Origin: Candidatus Latescibacterota bacterium
GTDB taxonomy: Bacteria; Latescibacterota; UBA2968; GCA-2709665
Direction: 5' to 3'
Length of the DNA stretch: 64,000 nucleotides
Assembly (NCBI GenBank): GCA_965237675.1
Contig: OZ250150.1
Coordinates: 192,001 to 256,000 of the forward strand
Of this stretch, positions 48,019-58,596 are shown piece after piece; positions within the stretch are counted from its first letter, which is position 1; each line of letters opens with the position of its first letter. The notes under the pieces were generated by a model. The model did no database searches. It was not told the origin of the DNA and saw nothing but the letters and a program-made list of their open reading frames with translations. A program made the translations under genes and the position numbers.

Positions 48019-49845
48019 CTATCCGGGCTCCTTGCGGTTGGCCTCAAGGGCTTTTATCTTCTCTCGAAGCGCCCGCACCTGTTCCCGGGCCTCCTCTGCT
48101 TCCAGGCTGTGCGGATATGCCGCCAGCACAGATTCGTATGTGCGCAGTGCTTCCTGGTATCGGCCCAGCCGTTGGTCGTAGATCCTGCCCATGGTGACCA
48201 TCGCCTCCGGGCACAACGGGCTCCACGGGACGGTCGCAAGCAGGTGCCGGGACATCCGGATGGCTTCGTTGTGACTGCCGAGTCTATCCAGAAGCGCGAT
48301 CTGACTCGCCAGGGCACGGTCCAGTAGCCGCGACTTCCCATGGGTTTCTACAAACGTCCGGAAGGCGTCCAGGGCCCTTTCCGGTTTTTGCTGTCGCATG
48401 AGCCTGGACGCCGCTGAATAGGATTGAAGCACCCCGACATCTTCAAATTCGGCCTGCTCGAGCAGGACCGCCAACGCCAGCGCATCGTTGAAAGCGAATC
48501 GGTTGGACGAGCCCGACAAAAGGCTGTCAATAATGGCGCGGGCGGCGCCTAAGTCACCCGAAAAGAAACGGCACTGCGCAATACCGAAACGAGCCTGGGC
48601 GGCGTCTTCCTTGCCGTGTTGTTCACGTGCCACGCGGGCGTAAACCGATTCGGCCTCCGCGAGCCGGTCCGACAGAACCATCATATCCGCGATTTCGAAG
48701 AGGGCGCGATGGCGCCAGGAAGAACGCCTCTTCGCCCCTGCGACGGCGCGAAATACATCCAGTGCGGCCGCAGTATCCCGGTAGACCCCGCGCAAGAGAC
48801 GTCCCAGACGATAACCGGCCTCGTGGGCACGTACAGTCCGGGGAAATCTGCCAATCAGATTCCTGTACATCGTCGCAGCCGTGTCGACCTGCGACAATCC
48901 TTCGCTTGCCCTCCCCAGGCCCAGCAATGCGCCGGGCAACTGGGCGGTGGTATCGAGTCGGTCCAACAGCAGACGATAAGCCGCGGCCGCCGTGTCGAAC
49001 TCGCCGGCATCGAAGGCGTGTTTGGCGACTCGGAACAAGAGCGTCTTCTGAAGCGGATCGAGACGTGAGAACGTCGCAAAGACCCGCAGGGCCGGCTCCT
49101 CACGTCGGGCCGCCAGGGCGTATTCCGTGAACAGCCGCAGTGAAATCTCGTCTCCTGGATGGGTCCGGACCTCCTGGCCGAGTGTGGCAAGTATCCGTTC
49201 CTGGTGATCGCCCTCCTGGGCAAATTTCCTGAAGCGGGTTTCGACGAACCCGAGAGACTGCGGCTGTTGCCGAACAAAATCCAGGTATTCGGCGACGGCG
49301 TCGGGATAACGCGCGAGCCTGTCGGCGATTTCAGCCATTTCCCTGGCGAAGAGCCGCGGGTTTTTCAGGGTTTTTCGTCCCTGCCGGCAAACGGAAAGCG
49401 CCCGCGACGGAAGGTTGTGTTTCAGGAGGCTTTGCGCAACCCTCTGAAACGTACCCTCATCGGCTGCTTCCGTGACGATTCGGTTCCAGTTTGCAATTGC
49501 CCCATCCAGGTTGCCCGTTTCGGACTGGACGTCCGCCAGACGGAAACGGACCGACCTCTCCCGCGGTCTCTTTTGAAGATGGGATTCCAGGAGGCGAATG
49601 GCTTCGCCGCGGCGCCCCGTGCGGAAGAGAAGGGATTCCATACGGAGGAGAATGTCAGCGCGGTTCGGATACCGTTTCAAGAGCTTCCTGTAAAGGTGCA
49701 ACGCGCCCTTCAGGTCGCCGGATGCTTTCTTCGCATCGGCGTGTTTCAGGGTCTCGCTGGCAGTGCCGGCGGGGAGACTCACCGGCAAGAGTACGACAAG
49801 GGCCGCAAGGATCGGGAACAGGCGAGATGAAGTCCGGGTCTTCAT
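48019..49845 (-). CDS. Exported TPR-repeat protein
   Basis: Signal peptide plus many TPR-like helix pairs (Y..L..RFP, A...G..Y, YP.S). Confidence 0.85.
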   Translation of the reverse strand: MKTRTSSRLFPILAALVVLLPVSLPAGTASETLKHADAKKASGDLKGALHLYRKLLKRYPNRADILLRMESLLFRTGRRGEAIRLLESHLQKRPRERSVRFRLADVQSETGNLDGAIANWNRIVTEAADEGTFQRVAQSLLKHNLPSRALSVCRQGRKTLKNPRLFAREMAEIADRLARYPDAVAEYLDFVRQQPQSLGFVETRFRKFAQEGDHQERILATLGQEVRTHPGDEISLRLFTEYALAARREEPALRVFATFSRLDPLQKTLLFRVAKHAFDAGEFDTAAAAYRLLLDRLDTTAQLPGALLGLGRASEGLSQVDTAATMYRNLIGRFPRTVRAHEAGYRLGRLLRGVYRDTAAALDVFRAVAGAKRRSSWRHRALFEIADMMVLSDRLAEAESVYARVAREQHGKEDAAQARFGIAQCRFFSGDLGAARAIIDSLLSGSSNRFAFNDALALAVLLEQAEFEDVGVLQSYSAASRLMRQQKPERALDAFRTFVETHGKSRLLDRALASQIALLDRLGSHNEAIRMSRHLLATVPWSPLCPEAMVTMGRIYDQRLGRYQEALRTYESVLAAYPHSLEAEEAREQVRALREKIKALEANRKEPG

Positions 49846-52800
49846 TGGGAATTCTCGCGTTTCAGCGCGTCCTGCATCAATGCTTCGAAGTAGTTCCGGA
49901 TGAGTCGCTGGTATTCGGTGGCAAAACCCGCATCGAGCGCCTTCCGGAGCCGGTCACGGAGCGGGTTGTCCGCTTCTCCCAGATTTGAAGGCAGCGAACC
50001 CGGCCCCTCGTACGCGAGGTCTGTACCCCGCCTGGCACGCCGTTCTCTGCTTCGGTCGCGTTCACGAATCGACCTCTGGGCATCCAGCAGGCGTGAGAGA
50101 ATCCTGCGCTGGCGTTCGAGTGTACGGCTGCCGACGCGGCGGTTCTTCATCTCCTGAATGACCGCGTTCATTTCGGAAGCGATATTATCCAGATCGCCGA
50201 GCAGCGCCTGTCTACGGCTGCCCATCTGCTGGCGGATTTCCTCCAGTGCCTGCTGGATGGCTCTCTGTCGGGCGGCCATGCGAGCGAGGCTCAATTGCTG
50301 GCCGGGTTCCTCCACCGCGGGGCGCTGCGGGCCGAACATGGATTCACTCTGAGCGTTCAGACCCGCCTGCCGGTCGGCCACGTCCTGCATGCGCTGAAGC
50401 ATTTCTTCATAGCCGACCGAAGAACCGGCAGCGGCGATGTCCTTGACCACCCGACGGAGCGCCAACGCCGTGGCGTTGAGGGCGCCCATTGCGTCCTGGC
50501 CGGTACGCGTTGCCCGGGATCCGGCGCGGGCCTGGATATGTCCGGCGGTCTCGCGGATCTTAATGAGAGCCCGACCCAGCGCCGCGCCGGTTTCGGGCGT
50601 TACAAAATAGGTCCTGTGAGCGACTTCCATCAGGTGGTCCGCCAGACGCGCTGCGCCGGCCAGAATACGGGCTTGCTCAAGCGCAAGCGCCGTCGGGTCG
50701 CTATCCCGGGAGATATCCCCCGCCTTACGCGCGGTCTTTTCCTGCGCGGCGGAAAGGCCCAGCAGGTTGTGCGTTAACTGATCGAGTTGGCGCGTCAGCG
50801 CTTCTTTCTGCCGACTGACGAAGGCCTGCCTCGCCGCCTGGAGTTCGCTCGCGAACCTGTTGAGATCTTCCGCTATGCGTGCACCGCGGTTTCGGGCGGA
50901 CCGTGCTGCTCCCTCGCGCAATTCGCGACTGACCTGCCGCATCCGCCCGGGGATACGCTGCTTTTCAAAACGGTCCGCCAGGCGTCCCAGTTCGTTCGCC
51001 ACCCCGGGGTGCTCCGCCAATTTCCCGGCAGTCTGCGCAAGTTCATCCTCAAATGAATCGGCCCGCCTTTCAATCGCGTCCTGTTGCCCGGCCACGGACG
51101 AAGGATCACGTTCATCGGCGATGTTGTCAACCACGCGCCGCTGATCTTCAGTCAGCGCTTCCAGCGTCCTGGCCAGCGCCTCTAGGTTCTGCTCGTCCCT
51201 CAGTTGTTGCAGCAGAGCGATCGTCCGCTCCAGAGCCTGCTGAAACCCGTCCTGTTCGGCACGGAACGCCTTGAGGGCCTCCTTCACGGCTTCAGGGTCG
51301 ACGCGCTGCATGGCGTCGCGGAGTTTCTCCATAGCTTCTTTCAATCCAGGCGTCTCAATTTCGGTGAGCAGCTCCTGAATCTGGTTCAGCTTTTGAAGCG
51401 TTTCGTCCCCGAGAAGTCCGCTCTGTTCCAGCCGGTCGAGCGTTTCTTCGAGTTTCTCGCTAACTTTCTCAAGATGCTCCGCCGCGGTGACCTGGTCCTT
51501 AATTGCGGTTTCCAGTTCCTTACGGTGCTGCCATTGCATCTCCTGTCCTTTCAAGAGTCGACGCGCAATCTCTTCTAGGCGTTCCCGAACCGCCTTTCCG
51601 CCTTCCCGGATGTCTGTCATCCGTTCCAGCCCCTCTTCCTGGGCTCTTTGCGCCTGCCGGTGGATTTCCAGGAGAGAAGGAAAGCGGATGGTGAAGGCCG
51701 GTGTTTCTGCTGTGCCGGGGCCGGAGACGATGTTGGTGTCATACGCGCGCAGCCGAAAGACGACCCGGTCGCCCGGCAGCAAATCCAGGCTTGAAAGATC
51801 CCAGACGGTGGTCTGGGTGAGTTCTCCTGCGCCCGGGTTTACCAGGGGGAGGGGTATGGTATTCTGCTCCGCGTCATCGTTCAGGAGGTAACGAATCTCG
51901 ATCCGCGCGACGCCGAAGTCGTCGCGGGCTTCCACGAATAGAGGGACCCGCATGTTTTCCCCCAATTCGGTGTCTCTGCCCGGTCGGAGAAGGCGGATTT
52001 CAGGCGGTTGGTCCTTAAGGGCCACAACGCGGTATTCTACAGGATTCGTGCTGGGGATACCGTGGGTATCGCGCAGGACGATTGTATATCGCCGGTTCTG
52101 CCTGACGGTCAGATTGACACGAGCGAAACTTCCGTTAATCCCTGCCGGTGACGCGGTGCTGTCGTCGAAGACGATTTCAACCGTTTTCAGCGGCAGGCTG
52201 GATTCGACGTGGAGGGCGGTCGAGGTTCCGGCAATGGCCACAATGTCGCCACCGCCTATGTCCCTGACTTCCTCCAGCCGGGTATAGGCCGGATAACGGT
52301 TGTCGTGTTTGATCCGCACGACCATCGGCCGGGGTTTCGCGGTGAGCGTGTAAACCGGCGTTTCCGCGTCGTTCGCGCGAAGACGGTACTGAAACGACCG
52401 TGTAACCGAGGGCATCCTGTGCGCGATCCGCCCGTTCCGGACGGTAAGCTCAACTGGTGTCCACGTATCGTCTTCCCGCATGTGCATGTGGGCCCGGAGG
52501 GGCACGAGACCGGTGAGAGTCGCCGTTATTTCGAAGGGTTCGCCGGCGATGACTTCAGCGCTACCGGGCTGAAGTGCAATAAAGGTCTCGGGCGGACGGA
52601 CATAGACTGCTGCCGGATGGGCGAGCCGTCGGGCGGCCGCGGTAAGCGGTCCGGGAAGAATTGCGAACGCGAGGAGAATGGCCAGACCGAGAGCGCCACA
52701 CAGGGCAGCCATCCGCAGGGGTGGCGTGCGGGCGACAAGGAGGTCCAGATTCAGCCTCGCAAGCGTTTCATCCGCCTGAATCACCGCGGCTTCGACCATC

Positions 52801-53177
52801 GGGGACGAATAGTCGGTGTCCCTGTGGGAACCCCAGAGTTGCAGCGCACTGATCAGGCGTTGCTGCAGGCCTCCGAACGCGTGTTCGACCTGCAACGCCA
52901 CGTCTTCCGGCGAAGGTGGAAGGAACAGCGGGCGAACGCAGTACGATGCCGCAAGGCCGACGAGAACAAGCCCCGCGACCCCCTCCGCGGCCAACTTGAC
53001 AGCTGGCAGAAGATACAGGGCGGTCTCCAGGAGAAGCAAAACAAAAAAACCCGCCAGCGCACAGCAGAGGGTCAACCCCGCACCGTACAGAATGCGGGCG
53101 GCCGTTTGCCTTCTGCGAAGCGCGTACAACCTGCGCAGCAGGTTCTGGTATGCGGAATTTGCGATTGGCCTGGACAT
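49842..53177 (-). CDS. DUF4175-family membrane protein with long coiled coil
   Basis: N-terminal TMs, RLISALQL, PAYT, DQPPEI, ARDDFGV, LLPGD...AYD, then Gln-rich helices ending RLLDAQRS...YF..L. Confidence 0.85.
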   Translation of the reverse strand: MSRPIANSAYQNLLRRLYALRRRQTAARILYGAGLTLCCALAGFFVLLLLETALYLLPAVKLAAEGVAGLVLVGLAASYCVRPLFLPPSPEDVALQVEHAFGGLQQRLISALQLWGSHRDTDYSSPMVEAAVIQADETLARLNLDLLVARTPPLRMAALCGALGLAILLAFAILPGPLTAAARRLAHPAAVYVRPPETFIALQPGSAEVIAGEPFEITATLTGLVPLRAHMHMREDDTWTPVELTVRNGRIAHRMPSVTRSFQYRLRANDAETPVYTLTAKPRPMVVRIKHDNRYPAYTRLEEVRDIGGGDIVAIAGTSTALHVESSLPLKTVEIVFDDSTASPAGINGSFARVNLTVRQNRRYTIVLRDTHGIPSTNPVEYRVVALKDQPPEIRLLRPGRDTELGENMRVPLFVEARDDFGVARIEIRYLLNDDAEQNTIPLPLVNPGAGELTQTTVWDLSSLDLLPGDRVVFRLRAYDTNIVSGPGTAETPAFTIRFPSLLEIHRQAQRAQEEGLERMTDIREGGKAVRERLEEIARRLLKGQEMQWQHRKELETAIKDQVTAAEHLEKVSEKLEETLDRLEQSGLLGDETLQKLNQIQELLTEIETPGLKEAMEKLRDAMQRVDPEAVKEALKAFRAEQDGFQQALERTIALLQQLRDEQNLEALARTLEALTEDQRRVVDNIADERDPSSVAGQQDAIERRADSFEDELAQTAGKLAEHPGVANELGRLADRFEKQRIPGRMRQVSRELREGAARSARNRGARIAEDLNRFASELQAARQAFVSRQKEALTRQLDQLTHNLLGLSAAQEKTARKAGDISRDSDPTALALEQARILAGAARLADHLMEVAHRTYFVTPETGAALGRALIKIRETAGHIQARAGSRATRTGQDAMGALNATALALRRVVKDIAAAGSSVGYEEMLQRMQDVADRQAGLNAQSESMFGPQRPAVEEPGQQLSLARMAARQRAIQQALEEIRQQMGSRRQALLGDLDNIASEMNAVIQEMKNRRVGSRTLERQRRILSRLLDAQRSIRERDRSRERRARRGTDLAYEGPGSLPSNLGEADNPLRDRLRKALDAGFATEYQRLIRNYFEALMQDALKRENSQ

Positions 53178-53279
53178 AAGTGAGGTGAGCGCAGGGACGG
53201 AGGTCCCGCTTTGCCGGCGTGAACGAGGTACGGGGCGGCGGCGTTACGGATCCCTTTCTGCGTGGGACCGGTCGCGCGG

Positions 53280-53999
53280 TTAATGCGTGAGCGTCCAGAC
53301 GATGACGTTCGTCCCCATTTTCAAGGCGGCGTCCCGCTTCTCCGGCGGATCTTTGTGAACGGCGGCATCGTTCCAGCCATCGCCGAGGTCGCTCTCGTAA
53401 TTGTAAAAGACCACGAGGCGTCCTTCGTGAAAGATGCCGAAGGCCTGCGGCCGTTTCCCGTCGTGCTCGTGGATTTTGGGCAGGCCGCCCGGAAATGGGA
53501 ACGGGTGTTGAAAGATGCCGTGAGAGGGCGGCAGCTCCACCAGTTCTTTGTCGGGAAAGGTCCGTTTGATTTCACGGCGAAACGCTTCATCGAGTCCGTA
53601 GTCGTCGTTGGCAAACAGGAAGCCGCCGTGTTCGAGGTACGTGCGAAGGCGCCTGACCTCATCTTCTGTAAATCGGATATTCCCGTGCCCGGTGAGGTAG
53701 AGAACTGGAAAGGTAAAGAGGTTTTCGTCCATGATTTCTACGCGGGCTTCCTGTTTTGCCGTATGGATCGTCGTTCGGGTTCGGATAAAGGCCAGAAGGT
53801 TGGGAATCTCGGTCGGGCCGTTGTACCAGTCTCCGCCGCCGGCGAATTTGAGTCGCGCCATTGTGAATGACGCCGGAGGATGTGACAGCTGAGCCGAGGA
53901 GCGGCCGGCGAAGCCCATCAGAAGGAAGAGAACAGCGCACGGTACGCGCCAACGTGTGGTTGGCCCGACGGTGTTGTTGTGCTTTTTTTTTTGGTTCAC
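53280..53999 (-). CDS. DUF4159-family protein
   Basis: ARLKFAGGGDWY, YLTGHG, GGFLFANDDYG, PKIHEHDG, ESDLGDGW. Confidence 0.92.
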   Translation of the reverse strand: MNQKKKHNNTVGPTTRWRVPCAVLFLLMGFAGRSSAQLSHPPASFTMARLKFAGGGDWYNGPTEIPNLLAFIRTRTTIHTAKQEARVEIMDENLFTFPVLYLTGHGNIRFTEDEVRRLRTYLEHGGFLFANDDYGLDEAFRREIKRTFPDKELVELPPSHGIFQHPFPFPGGLPKIHEHDGKRPQAFGIFHEGRLVVFYNYESDLGDGWNDAAVHKDPPEKRDAALKMGTNVIVWTLTH

Positions 54000-54132
54000 G
54001 TCTTCTGAAAATAGCCTCTCGGTTCAGCGAAATAGGGGCCGGGCATGGGAAACGGGGGCCTTGCGTGCCCCGCGTTCCGGCGCCCAACCCCAATTTAGAC
54101 GTGGTGCAAGAATGGAAGTTCCAGGGCTCCGG

Positions 54133-54480
54133 TCAATCGGAGTCGATCTGAAGCAGTGTGTGCGGCCGGTCCGACCTGGAAACGGGATTCTTCGCGAAGC
54201 TGAACGTGCAGTCGAATTCCACGTCGGCCAGGCATCGTTCATCGATCGGAAACGCGCTACACTGGCCCGGCCGGTCTTCGTAGATGCTGCACACGGAAAA
54301 TCCATCGTCCTGTTTGATTACGAAAGGGCATTTGAAGAGAATTTCACAACAGTTCCCGCATCGGTTGCATTCGCCCGTTCGCAGGGTTGCCTGTTCGACA
54401 ACATAGGATTTTCGGAAGTGAACAAAGAGAAAACGACGAACTTTGCCCGCGGCCTGGCGCGCCTTCAACGGCAATTTCAT
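54133..54480 (-). CDS. Small Cys-cluster protein (YkgJ / CxxCxxCC family)
   Basis: CNRCGNCC...CPF...CSIYEDRPGQCSAFP...C...C. Confidence 0.85.
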   Translation of the reverse strand: MKLPLKARQAAGKVRRFLFVHFRKSYVVEQATLRTGECNRCGNCCEILFKCPFVIKQDDGFSVCSIYEDRPGQCSAFPIDERCLADVEFDCTFSFAKNPVSRSDRPHTLLQIDSD

Positions 54481-54513
54481 GTGCGCTCCGTTCCCTCTTT
54501 CGCATGGATCCAG

Positions 54514-56052
54514 TCAGGGGGTTTCGGTTCCGTTCTCAGCGGATACACCGGATTCGACCCCCGTCGGCTTCTGTAGCCGGAACAGTTGACGAATTTCCCG
54601 CCACTCTCCGGTTTCCAGGAAGTTCCAACCCCACAGAATGAGCGGATAGGCCAGCAACAGAATGCACCGTGTCGCGATGCCGGACGGGCCGACACCGGAG
54701 GCATATCCGGATACAACGAGAAAAACGATACCGCCGGCGACCGCGACCTTTGCAAGCCGTGCGTATTCGTAGGCAACCGGGTAAAACCGTCGTGTGTACA
54801 AATAGAGGAAAAGGACCATGACCCCGTAGGCGGCCAGGGTACTCCAGGCCGCGCCAAGCACACCCAGACGCGGGATGAGCAGAAGGTTTAACCCCACGTT
54901 GACGCTCGCGCCCACGCCCACAACAACGGGCAGCATGCGGGAACGACCCTCCGCGTAAACCCCCGCCGTCAGTATAATGTATATTCCGGAAAACAGGAAT
55001 GCAAGGGTTACAATGGGGATGACGCCCTGCGCGGGTAGATAATCGGCGGCTTTGCTTCCACAGGCCAGCAGGATGAGATCGCGGGCAAAAGTGGAGAGTG
55101 CCAGCAGGAACAGGGTTGCTCCCGCCGCAAAGTAGGTGGTCATCCTGGCGACAACGCTACGGGCCTCTGTTCTGTCCGGAATGGCCAGAATGCCCGGCGC
55201 CCACGCGGCGCGGAATACGCGCGTAAGCATCTGCATGGGCAGGCAGAACCGGAAGAGGATCTGAAGGACACCGACGGAATCCTTGCCGAGGAAGAATTTC
55301 AGAAACAACCGGTCTGAAAGGTTGATCAGCAGAAGGGCGGCGGCGGACGGAACAAAGGGCAGCCCAAAACGCAGAAGGTCGCGCAGGACCGGCGGCGAGT
55401 AGATGGGCCGGAGTACACGGAACCCGATCGGGCACAGGGCCAGGAAGGCAAAAATGGAGCTTGCCAGGTTGCTCCAGAAAATAGCCCGTACCCCTTGACC
55501 TTCCCAGACGATCAGGTAAACGGTGAGACCAAGCTGCAAGGTATGCTGGACAAACCGTACTGACGCATAGATTGCGGATCGCTGCCGCACCCGGCACAAC
55601 GTAAAGAAGGGCTCGGACAGGGTGTCCAGCAGCAGAATGACCGCGATAATCTGGAAGACATCCGTGTAGGACGTCGTGTTGAGAAACACGATGGCCAGGC
55701 GCGGCGCAGCGTTCCACACCAACAAAGAAAGAAAGACGCCGATGCCCAGAAGCGTCCAGTATGCCGTGCTGAACTTGAGGCGCATGTCCGCGGCATCGCG
55801 CTCGACAGCAAGGTGTCGGACGAGCGCATGGTTCAGACCCAGGGCGTACAAAAGAACGCTGAAGCTGACAAAAGCGTACGCCAGGGCCATGTCGCCGTTT
55901 TCGGATGTGGAAAGAAGGCGGGCGTAAACCGGCACCAGAAGGATGCCTGTGGCCTTTCCCAGCATGTCGCCCAGACCGTAAACGGCGGTGTGCCTTGCTA
56001 TCGATTTGACGTGTCGGAAGCGCATGGACAATCCACGACTATCCATCTTCAT
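54514..56052 (-). CDS. Polysaccharide flippase (Wzx/MOP family)
   Basis: About 14 TM segments; YGLG..L.K...LLVPVYARLL, LLRFGLP, SDR, NLLLIPRLGVLGAAW. Confidence 0.88.
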   Translation of the reverse strand: MKMDSRGLSMRFRHVKSIARHTAVYGLGDMLGKATGILLVPVYARLLSTSENGDMALAYAFVSFSVLLYALGLNHALVRHLAVERDAADMRLKFSTAYWTLLGIGVFLSLLVWNAAPRLAIVFLNTTSYTDVFQIIAVILLLDTLSEPFFTLCRVRQRSAIYASVRFVQHTLQLGLTVYLIVWEGQGVRAIFWSNLASSIFAFLALCPIGFRVLRPIYSPPVLRDLLRFGLPFVPSAAALLLINLSDRLFLKFFLGKDSVGVLQILFRFCLPMQMLTRVFRAAWAPGILAIPDRTEARSVVARMTTYFAAGATLFLLALSTFARDLILLACGSKAADYLPAQGVIPIVTLAFLFSGIYIILTAGVYAEGRSRMLPVVVGVGASVNVGLNLLLIPRLGVLGAAWSTLAAYGVMVLFLYLYTRRFYPVAYEYARLAKVAVAGGIVFLVVSGYASGVGPSGIATRCILLLAYPLILWGWNFLETGEWREIRQLFRLQKPTGVESGVSAENGTETP

Positions 56053-56160
56053 CGGTGGTCGAAACGGCGGCCGACGTTCCGGCTCACCACGGGACCTGGT
56101 GAACGCATGACGTCTTCCGGCGCCTGGCCAACGAGACGCTTAGTCGGACGGATGGAATGA

Positions 56161-58590
56161 TTACAACATTGAAACAGGGTCGATATCTACGTCCAGGGTC
56201 ACGGCGGCGCGGCGATTTCGGCCGAATTCCCGCATGGCTCGGCGGGCGAGGACGTTCAGGTTTCTGGATGAGGGGGTCTTGAGCACGACCTGCCACCGAT
56301 AGCTCCTTCGGATTCGGGCAAGCGGCGCCTGTGCGGGTCCCATCACGTCCACGTGCGGCAGCGCCATTGCACGCAGGGTCTCGGCGCACAATCCGGCGGT
56401 ACGGGAGACGTCATGTTCATGCCGGCCCTTGAAGAGAAGCAGGGCCATTCGGCCGAACGGCGGATAAAGCACGCTGCGTCGTCCCTCGAGTTCAAGTTCA
56501 GCAAATTTCGGAAAATCGTGTGTCCGTGCGCACCGAACGGCTTCACCGTCCGGCAGGTGGGTCTGAACGACGACCTCTCCGGGCAAATGCCCCCGTCCGG
56601 CCCGGCCGCTCACCTGCGTGAGCAACTGGAACGTACGTTCTCCGGCTCTGAAATCCGGTAGATGAATGCCGGTATCGGCCGAAATGACACCGACGAGGGT
56701 AACGCCGGGGAAATCCAGACCTTTGGCCACCATTTGTGTACCCAGGAGAACATCCGCCTGACCCATCCTGAATGACTCGAGGATACGGTCATGCGCCCCT
56801 TTTCGACGGGTCGTATCGACGTCCATGCGGAGCAGGCGTAAGTCGGGAAATTGGTCCTTAAGGGCTTCTTCCACCCGCTGCGTGCCCACACCCATCAGCC
56901 GAAGGTTGGGCCCCTCGCAGGCGCGGCATACGGACGGCGCTGACGTATCGAAGGCGCAGTAGTGGCACACCATCCGTCGGCCGGGGGCATGGTAGGTGAG
57001 CGTTACCCGGCAATTCGGGCATTGTACACCCCCGCCACAATCCAGACATTGTACGAACGGAGCGTACCCTCTGCGGTTTTGCAACAGGATGATCCGTTCC
57101 CTTTTTTCAAGGCGGTCCCTTAGTTTTTCCCGCAACACCCGCGAAAAGAGGCCGCCACTTTCTTTTCTCATATCCACAAGGGTGACTTCGGGCAGGGGGC
57201 GGGAATCGATCCGTTCCGGTAGGGAAAGCATTCGGAATTTTTCGGTGCCGACGTTGTGAAAAGACTCGAGCGCGGGCGTTGCCGAGCCCAGAATGATGGG
57301 GATATTTTCCATTTTTGCCCGCATCACCGCCACATCGCGAGCGTTGTACCGCGGTGCCGGATCGGACTGTTTGTAGGCGCTATCGTGCTCTTCGTCGACA
57401 ACGATCAGGCCCATGTTCGGTACGGGCGCAAAGACGGCGGAACGGGCGCCGACGACAATGGTCCGCCGGCCCTCGCGGACGTCCCGCCAGGCATCGTAGC
57501 GTTCGCTTTCCGACAGGGCGCTGTGCATGACGGCGACCCGGTTGCCAAAATGGGACCTGAAACGGCTTACCGTCTGAGGAGTGAGCGAGATCTCGGGTAC
57601 AAGAATCAGCGAGCCCAGGCCGGATTTCAGAACCAGGTCAACGGCCTGGATGTAGACCAGCGTTTTCCCGCTCCCGGTAACCCCGTGCAGGAGAAAAGGA
57701 CTGAAGTTGGAGGGGTTGAGCGAACCCTGAATTTCCTCTAACGCTTTCTGCTGATGCAAGGTGAGTGTCTGGCGTTCGGGGGGAGTCGGTTCCACTTCAG
57801 CGTATGGGTCCCTTCGGACTTCGCGCTGGTATATCCGAACCAGTCTGCGTTCCGCCAGCGCTTTGACGATAGCGGGTCCAATCCCGGCGCGGCTGAGCTT
57901 TGCGGTCGGCACAACGCCGCCACAGGCCCGAAGGCGCCGGAGACATTCCGCCTGTCGGGGCGCCCTTCGCTCCAGTGCGGGCCATTCGAGTTCGAACCAC
58001 CGCGCATCGGGCACGAGTTGAACCATGCGCTCTCGCCGCGGCCTGACGCGGGGGTCTTCAATTGTCTGATAGGTTGCAAGCATACCCCTGCGAATCAATC
58101 CGTAGACTGCACTGCGGACCTCGTTTCCACACAGGCGACGCTGCAGTTGTCGGAGGCTGGCCGGGCCCCGCGTTTGCAACTGGTCGAGCACCTGCTGCTG
58201 AAAGGAGGAAATCGGACCCCGACCGGCGCCATCGAGGTCGTTAAGGGCAATGCGCTGCCCGCTGTGGGTGTGGATGCCGGCCGGAAGCGCGGCCGTGAGG
58301 ACTTCGGACAGGGTGCAGACGTAATAGCCCGCTATCCAGCGGCAGAGGTCGAGGACGTTTGGTGAAACCACGGGATAGGCGTCGAGCAGGATACCGATCG
58401 ACTTGACGTTGTCCAGGTCGGTCCGGTTCTGAAACCCGACGACAATGCCGGTCGTCCAACGGGGTCCCAGAGGAACGAGCGCTCTGCTGCCGACGTGGAT
58501 TTGATGCTTCAGGTCGTCGGGAACAAGATAGGTCAATTCCCGGTCGATTGGCGTGGCGAGAGGGACAATTTGCGCGTAGTTGGAATCCAT
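56161..58590 (-). CDS. priA: Primosomal protein N'
   Basis: GVTGSGKT, LVPEISLT, DEEHD, SATP, NRRGY, four CxxC pairs, GTQMVAKGLDF, QVSGRAGR. Confidence 0.97.
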   Translation of the reverse strand: MDSNYAQIVPLATPIDRELTYLVPDDLKHQIHVGSRALVPLGPRWTTGIVVGFQNRTDLDNVKSIGILLDAYPVVSPNVLDLCRWIAGYYVCTLSEVLTAALPAGIHTHSGQRIALNDLDGAGRGPISSFQQQVLDQLQTRGPASLRQLQRRLCGNEVRSAVYGLIRRGMLATYQTIEDPRVRPRRERMVQLVPDARWFELEWPALERRAPRQAECLRRLRACGGVVPTAKLSRAGIGPAIVKALAERRLVRIYQREVRRDPYAEVEPTPPERQTLTLHQQKALEEIQGSLNPSNFSPFLLHGVTGSGKTLVYIQAVDLVLKSGLGSLILVPEISLTPQTVSRFRSHFGNRVAVMHSALSESERYDAWRDVREGRRTIVVGARSAVFAPVPNMGLIVVDEEHDSAYKQSDPAPRYNARDVAVMRAKMENIPIILGSATPALESFHNVGTEKFRMLSLPERIDSRPLPEVTLVDMRKESGGLFSRVLREKLRDRLEKRERIILLQNRRGYAPFVQCLDCGGGVQCPNCRVTLTYHAPGRRMVCHYCAFDTSAPSVCRACEGPNLRLMGVGTQRVEEALKDQFPDLRLLRMDVDTTRRKGAHDRILESFRMGQADVLLGTQMVAKGLDFPGVTLVGVISADTGIHLPDFRAGERTFQLLTQVSGRAGRGHLPGEVVVQTHLPDGEAVRCARTHDFPKFAELELEGRRSVLYPPFGRMALLLFKGRHEHDVSRTAGLCAETLRAMALPHVDVMGPAQAPLARIRRSYRWQVVLKTPSSRNLNVLARRAMREFGRNRRAAVTLDVDIDPVSML

Positions 58591-58596
58591 TGAGGA

